From: Candidatus Bathyarchaeia archaeon
GTDB taxonomy: Archaea; Thermoproteota; Bathyarchaeia; Bathyarchaeales; Bathycorpusculaceae
NCBI GenBank assembly: GCA_050010755.1
Contig: JBEKKK010000001.1
Span: forward strand, 480,001 to 544,000
Length of the DNA: 64,000 bases
Reading direction: 5' to 3'
Part shown: positions 18,954 through 30,254 of the stretch, one piece after another
How positions within the stretch are numbered: position 1 is the first letter of the stretch
How the letters are laid out: every line of letters begins with the position of its first letter
Made by a program: the position numbers and the translations under genes
Notes under the pieces: generated by a model
The model's database searches: none
Told to the model about the DNA's origin: nothing
Seen by the model: the letters and a program-made list of their open reading frames with translations, nothing else

Positions 18954-19982
18954 TTAGGATCTTGCTCTTCTCACGGTTACGCGTTGTCTGAACATCTGCA
19001 TCTTGTCGCCTTCTTCTTCTCTCAAGGTGCGGCCAGTGAATTCTAGGTATGCTTCGTCCAGAGTTGGTTTGGTCAGAGATATTTTCGTTACGTGAAGTCC
19101 TTTGGATCTGATTACGTCCATGATTTGCGGTGAGGCTTCTTCTCCGAGGTCGACCTTTATGCGATAGTTGTTATCCGTCTTCTGAACGTTTTTCACTAGT
19201 TTGACGCTGGCGATGTCGGATGATATGTCCGGTTCGCTCTCTCTGAGTGTGACGGCGATGACGTCTCCGCCGATGCTTTCTTTCAGTTCTTCGGGTGTGC
19301 CGATTCTTATGATGTGGCCGTGATCGATTATGGCTATTCTGTCGCAGAGTGAGTCGGCTTCTTCGAGGTAGTGGGTTGTGAGAAAGAGGGTCATGTGGTA
19401 TTCGTCTTTTAGCATTTTGATGTATTTCCATACCACGGTGCGGGTTTGAACGTCGAGGCCGAGGGTTGGTTCATCCAAGAACAGCAATTTTGGATAATTG
19501 ATCAAGCCGCAGGCGAGCTCCAGTCTTCTGCGCATTCCTCCTGAGTAGGTGCTCACCTTTCTCTTTGCAGCGTCTTGAAGCTCTACCAGTTTCAATAGTT
19601 CTTGTGCGTGTGGTTTCGAATCGCTTCTCGGTATGCCGTAGAGATCAGCACAGAGGAGGACGTTGTTGATTCCGCTCATGTCCTCGTCTGCGGTATACTC
19701 TTGCGGTACGACTCCGACATTTCTTCGCACCTCGTTCGGATCCTTGAATATGTCGTAGCCGCAGACCATCGCGTTTCCTGATGAAGGTTTCATCAAGGTT
19801 GTTAGAATGTTGATGGTGGTGGTTTTGCCAGCGCCGTTAGGACCGACGAACCCGAAAATCTCCCCCATTTTCACTTCAAAGCTCACGTTATCCACGGCCT
19901 TCAACTTGCCGAAGACTTTTGAAAGGTTCTTGACGGTCACAATAATCGAAGACTGTGTAGTTTCAGCTTGCGTTGTAGACAC
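18954..19982 (-). CDS. ABC exporter ATP-binding subunit (DrrA-like)
   Basis: GPNGAGKTT, YSGGMRRR, LFLDEPT, TTHYLEEA. Confidence 0.95.
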   Translation of the reverse strand: MSTTQAETTQSSIIVTVKNLSKVFGKLKAVDNVSFEVKMGEIFGFVGPNGAGKTTTINILTTLMKPSSGNAMVCGYDIFKDPNEVRRNVGVVPQEYTADEDMSGINNVLLCADLYGIPRSDSKPHAQELLKLVELQDAAKRKVSTYSGGMRRRLELACGLINYPKLLFLDEPTLGLDVQTRTVVWKYIKMLKDEYHMTLFLTTHYLEEADSLCDRIAIIDHGHIIRIGTPEELKESIGGDVIAVTLRESEPDISSDIASVKLVKNVQKTDNNYRIKVDLGEEASPQIMDVIRSKGLHVTKISLTKPTLDEAYLEFTGRTLREEEGDKMQMFRQRVTVRRARS

Positions 19983-20105
19983 GTTTACTCACTCCTGATT
20001 TTAATGAATTACGAGTTCTTCATTCGATAGATATGCGATATAAAAACATAGCGCGCATTCGGGGGAGAAGCGACTTATTCTTGAGGATCGACCCCCTCCT
20101 TTCTC

Positions 20106-20237
20106 TATTGGTAACAACCGTGGTAATGTTGTTTGGTAACAAATCATGAAGAGATTTCAAGGAGACTTCTTTTCTTTGAATTTGTCCTGTTCATAGGTAA
20201 CAACATTGGTAACAATGATTGGTAACAAGTCGTGAAG
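20106..20237. repeat. Two clusters of three (T)GGTAACAA-type motifs at 11-13-bp spacing
   Basis: tattggtaacaac-cgtggtaatgtt-gtttggtaacaaatcatgaag and ataggtaacaac-attggtaacaat-gattggtaacaagtcgtgaag. Confidence 0.85.
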
Positions 20238-20374
20238 CACGCGCTCCAACTGGGAAACAAGTTTCAAGTGACAAGATGGCCTGGGGAAGGGATTTCAGCA
20301 CCAGTTTTGTCAGTAACCGAATGCTCTAATCTCTCCCGGCTACTAAGGTTAATAGGACTCGCCTTTATCTGCCT

Positions 20375-22345
20375 ATGAAAACGCGACTATGCAAGAGGGA
20401 GACGGATTTGTTTGCCGAGCCAAAGAAAGCGACGAGTGTCATAAGGACTGTGTGTCAGAGGGATTGTCCGGATACGTGTTTTGTTGACACCGTTGTCCAA
20501 GATGGCCGCATCTTATCCACGAGGGGGAGTACAGAAAACCCGATAACTCAGGGATTTCTATGTCCACGAGGGGTGGGAGATCCAAAGCGAGTATACAGCG
20601 AAGAACGCGTACTTTTTCCTCATATCAAGAATGGGGACAAGTTCAAAAGAGTTTCTTGGTCGGAAGCCCTAGAACTAGTTGCCTACAAATTGGCTAGTGT
20701 CTTGGAGAATTGCGGAAATGAGTCCATTTTGCTGTATGATTATCTGGGCAACCAGGGATGTCTCAGCTTGCAGTATTCTCAAAGATTGTGGCGGGCAATT
20801 GGCGCGACTGTTACGGACGGTGCTCTCTGCAGCACATCTGGGCATACCGGAATCGGACTTCACTATGGGCTTGCGTATGGTCTCGGATTTGAGGAAGTTC
20901 TTAATTGCCAAACCATCGTGTTTTGGGGAAACAACGCGAAGGTTAGTTCTCCTCATCTTTGGGCCCTTTCATTAAGGGCAAGAAAAGAGAAAGGCACCAC
21001 GCTAATATCTGTGGACCCTAGGAAAAGCGAGACGTCAGAGAGTTCCGATCTCTGGGTTACCCCTCGCCCAGGCAGTGACGTAGCACTATTTTACGGGATA
21101 GCGCGATACCTAATCGAACGCAGCAAAGTCGCCGAGAAATTCATCGAGAAATGGACTACCGGCTATGACAAATTAAGAGAAGAGGTTAGGGACTGGACAC
21201 CGAAGCGAGTGCAAAAGGCCACAGGTCTCACGGGGGAAAAGGTTGAGGAGTTGTGCCAAGTACTCGTTGAGAAGGGTCCTGTATGCTTTATGATAGGCTT
21301 GGGGTTAAACAAGTCGAGCCATGGGGCAGAGGCCTCGAGGGCTGTGAGTCTATTGCCAGCTTTGCTTGGACAGCATCGTGGTTTTCACTACAGCGACTCG
21401 AAGGGTCGGTTTGTTGATTGGAGTTATATCAACGGAAGCAAGATGAGCAGTAACAAGTCAAAGGTCGTTGAGCAGGTTTCTTTGGGGGAAAGGTTAGACT
21501 CGGGTGAGTTCAAGTTTGTTTTCATCAAAGGTTCCAACCCCGCTTTAACGCTTCCAAACCAAGTCGCCGTGAGGGCAGGTCTCTCAAGAGAAGACGTGTT
21601 CGTAGTTGTTAATGAAACACATTGGACCGAGACCGTGAAGCTCGCCGATGTTGTTCTGCCTGCCGCAACGTATCTGGAGAAATCGGATGTGAATTTCTCC
21701 GATCATCACCCGTACACACGTTTATCAATGAAGGCGATTGAGCCCTTAGGAGAGTGCAAGCACGAATTCTGGGTCATGCAAAAGCTTGCCGAGAGACTGA
21801 GCTGCAAGGAACCTTGGGTGTTTGAGGATCCTTGGAAAGCCCTTGAAAAAGCTGTGGCGGAAGCATTTGAAAACGGAAGCTTTGATGACCTACTCAAGGG
21901 CGCTGTTCTGAAACTGAGGCAAAGGTCCACTAATGAGTACCAGACGCCTTCTGGCAAGATCGAGTTATACTCTTCAAAAGCCCTCGAAATAGGTGCAAGC
22001 CCCCTCCCAACACAATTGCCACTCTATGAAGAGGAGCACTGGTTTACTCTACTGAACAGTGCTCTCCCAAATTGGACCCACAGCCAATTCAGAGACGTTT
22101 ATGGCCCTATCCCACAAGTTGTATGGATCAATCCTGTTGACGCGGACAATCACGGAGTAAAGAACGGAGCCGATGTCACCCTTTTCAACGAGCAAGGAGC
22201 ACTGATTATCGAAGCGGTACTAACCGAAAGAGTCTCCAAGGGAGTCTTGTGGTCGCCGAGACCCTTGACCGGCAAAAACGGTGTTCCGTTGAATAGTTTG
22301 GCAGAGGGAAATCCGCAGTCTCTGGGCGCAGGCCCCACGGTTTAA
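20375..22345 (+). CDS. Molybdopterin (DMSO reductase family) oxidoreductase, YdeP/YoaE-like; apparent frameshift near 3' end
   Basis: CQRDCPDTC..GFLC Fe-S motif, PRPGSD, ADVVLPAATYLEK, TPSGKIEL. Confidence 0.9.
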   Translation: MKTRLCKRETDLFAEPKKATSVIRTVCQRDCPDTCFVDTVVQDGRILSTRGSTENPITQGFLCPRGVGDPKRVYSEERVLFPHIKNGDKFKRVSWSEALELVAYKLASVLENCGNESILLYDYLGNQGCLSLQYSQRLWRAIGATVTDGALCSTSGHTGIGLHYGLAYGLGFEEVLNCQTIVFWGNNAKVSSPHLWALSLRARKEKGTTLISVDPRKSETSESSDLWVTPRPGSDVALFYGIARYLIERSKVAEKFIEKWTTGYDKLREEVRDWTPKRVQKATGLTGEKVEELCQVLVEKGPVCFMIGLGLNKSSHGAEASRAVSLLPALLGQHRGFHYSDSKGRFVDWSYINGSKMSSNKSKVVEQVSLGERLDSGEFKFVFIKGSNPALTLPNQVAVRAGLSREDVFVVVNETHWTETVKLADVVLPAATYLEKSDVNFSDHHPYTRLSMKAIEPLGECKHEFWVMQKLAERLSCKEPWVFEDPWKALEKAVAEAFENGSFDDLLKGAVLKLRQRSTNEYQTPSGKIELYSSKALEIGASPLPTQLPLYEEEHWFTLLNSALPNWTHSQFRDVYGPIPQVVWINPVDADNHGVKNGADVTLFNEQGALIIEAVLTERVSKGVLWSPRPLTGKNGVPLNSLAEGNPQSLGAGPTV

Positions 22346-22412
22346 CTCAATTAGAGTCAGAATAAAACCAGTTTGAAGAAAATAGCTTAGAAACAAACCT
22401 TAACTGGCAAAA

Positions 22413-22539
22413 TGGCGCCGGGGAAGGGACTCGAACCCCTGCGAGCCAAAGGCCCACTGGCTTGCTTGTCCTTGAATCTAGGCCCTCTTTTTCAGATTCG
22501 ATCTCGAGGCCAGCGCGATAACCACTCCGCCACCCCGGC
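22413..22539 (-). tRNA. tRNA-Ser(CGA) with 40-nt intron at 37/38 (22463-22502) and encoded CCA
   Basis: GCCGGGG/CCCCGGC acceptor stem, CTGGC-CT-CGA-G|intron|A-GCCAG, long variable arm GGGCC-TTT-GGCTC, GGTTCGAGTCCC T arm; BHB-like junction. Confidence 0.95.
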
Positions 22540-22652
22540 ACTGTCTTAAGGATTCTGAACAGAGGCTTTTAGCTTTATCCTGTAGAGATATTTGATGTTC
22601 CGTTTGTCCGGTACGGAAGTGTCTATTGATACTTGAGGTGTTAGGTGGACAT

Positions 22653-23492
22653 TTATGCCCGAAGTCTTTTCGGTTTCGGTGTGTGCATTAGCGAGGGGAA
22701 CAACCACTGTCTATTTCTTCTTAACTTCACGGCATCCCATTCGTGGAGTATTTTCACAGCTTCGTTCGCCGTTTTTATGGCGTTTTCTTCGCCCTCGCCT
22801 GGTTTGAACTCGTTTACGCAGCGGTTGGCGTAAACTGCGAAGACGGAGCCCGCCCTCAGCCCGTAGAGGCCGGCTATAGTGTACAGCGTGGCCGTTTCCA
22901 TGTCAAAACTCAGCACTCCGGCCTTCTGTAACGTGGGCAGCAGGTTTTCCGTGTTGGATGAGCGTGTTTGGCCGATTGGCCGGTTTTGTCCAGCATAGAA
23001 GTCTGACGTTGTCGCTGTCACGCCGACGTGATATGTGCCGATGTCTAGGCTTTCAGCAGCTTCGATCAAGGCTAACAGGACCTCGTAGTTTGCTGCTGCG
23101 GGATACTCGGGCATGACGTAACAGTTGCTCGTGCAGTCCAGGCGTACGGCGGCGCTGGAAATTATGAGGTCGCCACAGGCAATGTTTTTTTGGATTGCCC
23201 CTGTGCTTCCGACGCGGATGAAAGTGTTCACTCCGATGTTTGAAGATTCGTTCACTGCGATAGCCATGCAGGCGGGACCGATGCCGCTTGACAGGGCCGA
23301 GATGGGCACGCCCTTGTACTTGCCCGTGTAGCTGCGAAATTCACGATGACTGGACACTTCTCTCGCTGAATCCCAGAACTTGGCGATTTTTGGAACACGA
23401 TCAGGATCGCCAGGAACGAGCAGGGTTTCAGCCAAATCACCAGGTCCACAAGCGATGTGGTATTGCTTGCGACCAGACTCTGTCGAGTGCAC
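22653..23492 (-). CDS. udp: Uridine/nucleoside phosphorylase
   Basis: QYHI, PGDPDRV, HREF, SSGIG, IRVGSTG, DMETA. Confidence 0.92.
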   Translation of the reverse strand: MHSTESGRKQYHIACGPGDLAETLLVPGDPDRVPKIAKFWDSAREVSSHREFRSYTGKYKGVPISALSSGIGPACMAIAVNESSNIGVNTFIRVGSTGAIQKNIACGDLIISSAAVRLDCTSNCYVMPEYPAAANYEVLLALIEAAESLDIGTYHVGVTATTSDFYAGQNRPIGQTRSSNTENLLPTLQKAGVLSFDMETATLYTIAGLYGLRAGSVFAVYANRCVNEFKPGEGEENAIKTANEAVKILHEWDAVKLRRNRQWLFPSLMHTPKPKRLRA

Positions 23493-23568
23493 CTCGTCTC
23501 ACCGCAACTAAGATTAAATGCAGGGCATTTAATAATAATGTAGATATTTTGTTTCATTATTTGATTAA

Positions 23569-23910
23569 TTACCAGTCTTCAACTGGAACAAATTTTGTTT
23601 TGTCCTTGTATTTCTCTGGAATCCAATCCAGAAAACCATTTAGAGCATCAAAAAGTGCTTCTTCAACATTATCACGTTGATAAATGCTCATGTAAGGAGT
23701 TCCTTGTTTTGGGTTTTGGATTTGGTAATTTGCTATTCCCATAAATTTGCCTTGTGGCATCACATAAACAACTTCCATTTTTAGTCTAACTGGAAGGTCG
23801 GTAATCTCAAAAGCCCATTCTCCTATTATCTCCTCTATTTCACCTAGTCCTTTATCATCGTAACTCAGCAATACCTTTTCAAGATTAACCTTGCCACTCA
23901 TCAAGTTCAC
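23569..23910 (-). CDS. Hypothetical protein (AT-rich island)
   Basis: 113-aa ORF with AT-rich codons; no recognised motif. Confidence 0.65.
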   Translation of the reverse strand: MNLMSGKVNLEKVLLSYDDKGLGEIEEIIGEWAFEITDLPVRLKMEVVYVMPQGKFMGIANYQIQNPKQGTPYMSIYQRDNVEEALFDALNGFLDWIPEKYKDKTKFVPVEDW

Positions 23911-24033
23911 CTTGTGATATGTTCGAAATTACACTTCTGAATAGCTATAACCCTTTCCGCAAGACCGAAACTCGCTTAGAAGAAATATGTCGAAAGTGCA
24001 GAACAGGAAAAGCAATTAATCCCTGCAAGCCAG

Positions 24034-24825
24034 TCATATAAAAGGAGTTGCTTCTCGCCATCTTTTGTCAAACATTTCTTCTATGGCATATCTTACTTCA
24101 TCTTCCAGTTTCGTTATTGTGGTGTCTCTATTCCCTAAATCCTTCAAACTTGAACCAATCGACCAACAATTACCGTCAGATATTATGTATCTGTCGTGTA
24201 AGTTCTTACCATTGAAGACTCTAACCTCAATTTTTAGGTGTTGGAACTCTTTTGCGAAATCTTTCAGTTCCCTTTTGAAAGTTGCTTCTTGCTCGACCAG
24301 TTGCGTCAACAGAGAAATTGTACACTTCTGCTTGATTTCACTTATCAAATCGAGAATTCTGGTTCCACAATATGGGTCACAGATTTTGGCTGAAGACGCA
24401 ATCTTCGACATCACTATTTCTTGGAAGAGTTTCTTTCCACTATAAACCTTTCCAGATTCAATAAGCCATGTTTTGGCACCAATGCTTTCTCCAAGCATAT
24501 CTTTCACGGTTTTTAAACCCTTAATCTTTAGACTCAGTGATTTCACGTTTCGTTCTTCTTTCTCATTCACAAGTTCTTCGTCCTTAGCATTATGCAGATT
24601 CTGGGGGAAATTTACTTCTTTTCTGCCCAACGCTACAAATAGGTTTTTGACCTCGCTGGTTTTTATTTCAGGTGTCTTGTTCTTATTAGAGCACATATAG
24701 AGTGACAGCAACAGTGCAGTTTTGTCGCTTGGCTTCTCATCAAGAAGCATTTTGTCATGAAATTCGTGGATTATGTACTTGGCGTTTTCGACTTCTTCTT
24801 TAGGGAAATAATGTTCTAGTTCCAC
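24034..24825 (-). CDS. N-terminal wHTH-like + C-terminal PLD-like (HDR) nuclease domain protein
   Basis: ICDPY..., LHDRYIISDG, WSIGSSLKDLG. Confidence 0.7.
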   Translation of the reverse strand: MELEHYFPKEEVENAKYIIHEFHDKMLLDEKPSDKTALLLSLYMCSNKNKTPEIKTSEVKNLFVALGRKEVNFPQNLHNAKDEELVNEKEERNVKSLSLKIKGLKTVKDMLGESIGAKTWLIESGKVYSGKKLFQEIVMSKIASSAKICDPYCGTRILDLISEIKQKCTISLLTQLVEQEATFKRELKDFAKEFQHLKIEVRVFNGKNLHDRYIISDGNCWSIGSSLKDLGNRDTTITKLEDEVRYAIEEMFDKRWREATPFI

Positions 24826-25262
24826 TAGGGTTTCTCCGTTTTCTTGGGGAGATTCTCCAATTCTGTCAAAAATCTTTCAATTTGGAGAGGATTTACTTGA
24901 TGCATACCTCTTTTCAGAGGAATTGCAAATTTATCTTTTCTTAGTTCCATCATTCTGGCCGCAATCTGGTCTTCTGGAATATTCAGGGAGTTGCTTAATT
25001 CCTCGCTACTCATCCCAGCAGATATGTTCTTGTCAAGACGGTTGGCTAGAAACCTTGCTACCAAAGCCAATTGGACTTGTTGCAATTTTTTCGAACTCTT
25101 GTTCTCAACGATTACCATACCATCTTTTGTTACTTTGCAAAAAGGAAGAATTCTTTCAACATAGTTAGCGATCCTTTTTTCATCAAATTTCTCTTCCACT
25201 ATGAACTTCTTCTTCAGTTCTTCCAAGCAATCACAGAAAAATTGTATATTGTATTTCAGCAT
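24825..25262 (-). CDS. Winged-helix protein, translationally coupled to the PLD-like gene
   Basis: MSSEELSNSLNIPEDQIAARMMELRKDKF helix-turn-helix; stop/start share base 24825. Confidence 0.7.
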   Translation of the reverse strand: MLKYNIQFFCDCLEELKKKFIVEEKFDEKRIANYVERILPFCKVTKDGMVIVENKSSKKLQQVQLALVARFLANRLDKNISAGMSSEELSNSLNIPEDQIAARMMELRKDKFAIPLKRGMHQVNPLQIERFLTELENLPKKTEKP

Positions 25263-25374
25263 TTAACTATTATGATAGAGATACAAACCATTCTTGAAGA
25301 ACCTAAAACATAGAAGTCGTATGCCAGCACGGCAACAGAAAAGCTAATCATAATCGTTCACGCTAGGGCTACTC

Positions 25375-25764
25375 ATGGAAATGACAGAAAAAGAAAGATT
25401 AATGCTCAACGAGAAAAGGGACCATATTTGCGAATTGACTAAGAAGATTCTGGACTTAGCACAAAAACCCGAAAATTCGTTGGAAATCAAGAAAAATATG
25501 ACAAACATACTGTCAGATTTGAATGCGATAGCTTCTTACGCAGATTCTAATAAGAGTAGCCTAAACCAGTTTACAATTGCCGTGACTCAGTTATTTCTAG
25601 AGATGGACGAAGAAAGAAGTAGAGAAAGCTGGATAGCTTCTCCGATTGATATTGAGGTTGTTTGCAACTGGGCTAATTCCGTTAGATTCAATTTCACCAA
25701 GAAAAGTTTCAAGTTGATTTTGCCTAAGAATCTCAATCTTGGCATACATTTTCACAATAGATAA
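25375..25764 (+). CDS. Hypothetical helical protein (AT-rich island)
   Basis: 129-aa ORF; no recognised motif. Confidence 0.6.
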   Translation: MEMTEKERLMLNEKRDHICELTKKILDLAQKPENSLEIKKNMTNILSDLNAIASYADSNKSSLNQFTIAVTQLFLEMDEERSRESWIASPIDIEVVCNWANSVRFNFTKKSFKLILPKNLNLGIHFHNR

Positions 25765-25790
25765 GCGATGCAAGAGCAAGAGGTTCAAAA

Positions 25791-25958
25791 ATGGAACCAG
25801 AAGTTCACATCCTCGAGAAGTATTTTCAGGAAGTCTTACTTTGTTTCACCATGACAAACATTCAACTTAAAGGAAAGAAGGAGATTGACCTTCTAGCTGG
25901 ACTTCGAAAATGTAGCTATTCACTGACAACATTTGAAGGTTTGGATAAATCATGTTGA
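25791..25958 (+). pseudogene. Probable truncated PD-(D/E)XK nuclease fragment
   Basis: GAGGT SD; MEPEVHILEKYFQ..FTMTNIQLKGKKEIDLLA, then no (D/E)xK strand before stop at 55 aa. Confidence 0.45.
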
Positions 25959-26284
25959 ACACAATGCAAAAAGAGACTACGTAACTTTTCCATAGCTTTC
26001 ATGGAAATTGGAAAGTGTTCAATTAGCATTATACAAACCTTCGAAAGTTGCCAATGGATAGCTGGGTTTTCGAAATTCCCATGCTTTTTCCATGCGGAAA
26101 ACATGACCATCCGCTGGGAACTTTCGAACTATTGGTGAAATCATATTGAGCACTTACAACAATACGGAAAACGTACTTAAACGTAGAAATACGTACACGA
26201 AAAATGAGAGTATGGTTCAATCAACATGTTTTCGATTGTAATACGAAAATATTATAAGCACAGACAGACTTTATAGAATAGGAA

Positions 26285-26357
26285 GGGCTGGTAGCTCAGA
26301 AGATAGAGCAATCCCGTGCTAAAGGATATGTCGTCGGTGCGAATCCGACCCAGCCCG
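26285..26357 (+). tRNA. Atypical tRNA / tRNA-like RNA, anticodon GCT, short variable arm
   Basis: GGGCTGG/CCAGCCC, GCTC/GAGC, ATCCC/AGGAT, GTCGG/CCGAC stems; TTATAAG box ~30 nt upstream and T-tract downstream. Confidence 0.75.
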
Positions 26358-26965
26358 TCCATTTTACACTAACAAACTAACATGTCCATCGTAATAAGCA
26401 TTTACCTATAAGTAAAGCCGTACCACCGCAACAACCTAACAAACCTGTTACCGCATTAGAGCCTAATTTGCATGTGTGCATACCGTGCGGTACGCTAGAA
26501 ATTTGAAGGTACAAGTTAAAAGAAGCAACATCCCATGACCATGTAGTACACATAATCAGTTGATTAAAAAGGGATTTGTGAATGTTTCCACGGGAACACT
26601 CATGAAGATAGGTGAAAGGCGTGAAGACATATCGAAGTTCGGTATATCCTTTCGATGGCGGAATTTCGCTTTTATATTGGTCTTTAGTTTATGACAATAA
26701 TAGACGACAAAGAAAAAAGGGCATATCCAAGGACATCCTTCATCACAGGGTACCACCATGGATGGTTCGGGATGTCCTTGAGGCAACATTGCCAATATTC
26801 CATAGTTTAAACCAGTATTAAAGCGGTCTTTCAAAATCTGCTATATGCGATAACCTGATAACAATCTTCTGTGAAGCAAATTAGTTTAAACCATGCCGTA
26901 CAGAAATCTTAAATCTGCACTGCAACAGAAGACAAACTAATAGTGGAACGCGGAGACACCGTTTT

Positions 26966-27241
26966 TTGTCGACCGAACAGAGAAGAACCAAGTATGACAT
27001 CTATGCTGACATAGTAGAAATAGTCGCCAAGAAAGGGCTCTGCTCTTTGACAAGGGTCTCCTATGGAGCCAACATGCCCGTAGACCGAACGAAGAAGGAA
27101 CTGAATTTTCTAGTTGCTCACGGCTTCATAAACGAAGTCAACTTCGAAAACTCGAAGAAATACAGAGCAACCAAGTGGGGACTAGAATACCTCGAAACAT
27201 TCAAGCGCATGCGAAAGTTCTTTGCCGCACTGGAAGAATAG
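26966..27241 (+). CDS. Archaeal winged-helix transcriptional regulator
   Basis: RRTKYDIYADI..TRVSYGANM..L..L...GFI..YRATKWG. Confidence 0.85.
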   Translation: MSTEQRRTKYDIYADIVEIVAKKGLCSLTRVSYGANMPVDRTKKELNFLVAHGFINEVNFENSKKYRATKWGLEYLETFKRMRKFFAALEE

Positions 27242-27427
27242 AAGACATCAGCGCTTTTAGCCCGCGCTATTTTCGGTTTTCCAGCTTGAAACTTATGAAC
27301 TTAATTTTCACAATCTTTTTGATTGCGCATCTAGGTTTAGACTTGCTTCGGCACATGCACTTCGATCGACGGAACGCAAAATTTATGATGAACAAACAAC
27401 TACATTGTACAACAAGGCGATTTCTGA

Positions 27428-29605
<2,178 letters not shown>

Positions 29606-29949
29606 GCGCGCGCGATATCTTCAAACCTACAACTAAGAACCATAATGCAAAAAAACTTGGCATACGAGAACCAGGATCGGTCCGATTAGCCTCGCTTTGT
29701 CTCTATTAGCGCGCGCCTCTGGCAAAGCCCATTGCAAAGCCGTCTGTTCCGCGGAATATATCAATAACTGCCGTATTTTCCTCCGTTAAGTATCGGTGTC
29801 TGCTTTTCACGCTTTTCTTTGTGCGCAGGCAGGACATGTAAGTCGCGGTCAGACAGTTTGTAACTACGAAACGTGTTTTCTTCATGTGCGTCGCCTTTTA
29901 AGGGATCCGATGGCTTACCGATTCTCAGCAAAGGAATGAGGTGGTAATA

Positions 29950-30183
29950 ATGGCAAGACATGTCAGAACTAAAACGGGTTGGAGTGAAGGAAGCGAGCAC
30001 AAATTCGCTGGAGGGAATCGACTCCTAGGTTTCATTCACAAGGTCTTAGGATCCCACCAATGCGTGCCCGAATCAGCATATTGCATCACACATGAACGTG
30101 TTGAGGATTTTCGGGAACCCATTGGCTTCGCATCGGATAAAGAAGCTGAAACGCTGTTAAGAAGAGCCCGGATGTTTCAGTGA
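29950..30183 (+). CDS. Possible small hypothetical protein
   Basis: GAGGTGG SD before ATG; TTTTAAG box upstream; no motif. Confidence 0.35.
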   Translation: MARHVRTKTGWSEGSEHKFAGGNRLLGFIHKVLGSHQCVPESAYCITHERVEDFREPIGFASDKEAETLLRRARMFQ

Positions 30184-30254
30184 ATGGATACCAGTCACGA
30201 AATGTGAGTCCCCCTTTTAAAGTGGTGCGTCATGTTCAACGTGGAGGGTGTGAA

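Noticed and set aside
20244-20262. ORB-like CTCCAACTGGGAAACAAG as a second origin
   Set aside because: Single imperfect copy with no G-string and no initiator gene nearby.
22347-22541. 64-aa ORF
   Set aside because: It coincides with the tRNA-Ser gene.
26285-26357. tRNA-Pyl (CTA followed by AA in the loop; no GG or TTC)
   Set aside because: The geometry is canonical (2-nt linker, 8-nt D-loop, 5-nt variable loop), not tRNA-Pyl-like. The centred anticodon is GCT, and no pyl genes or in-frame TAG genes were seen.
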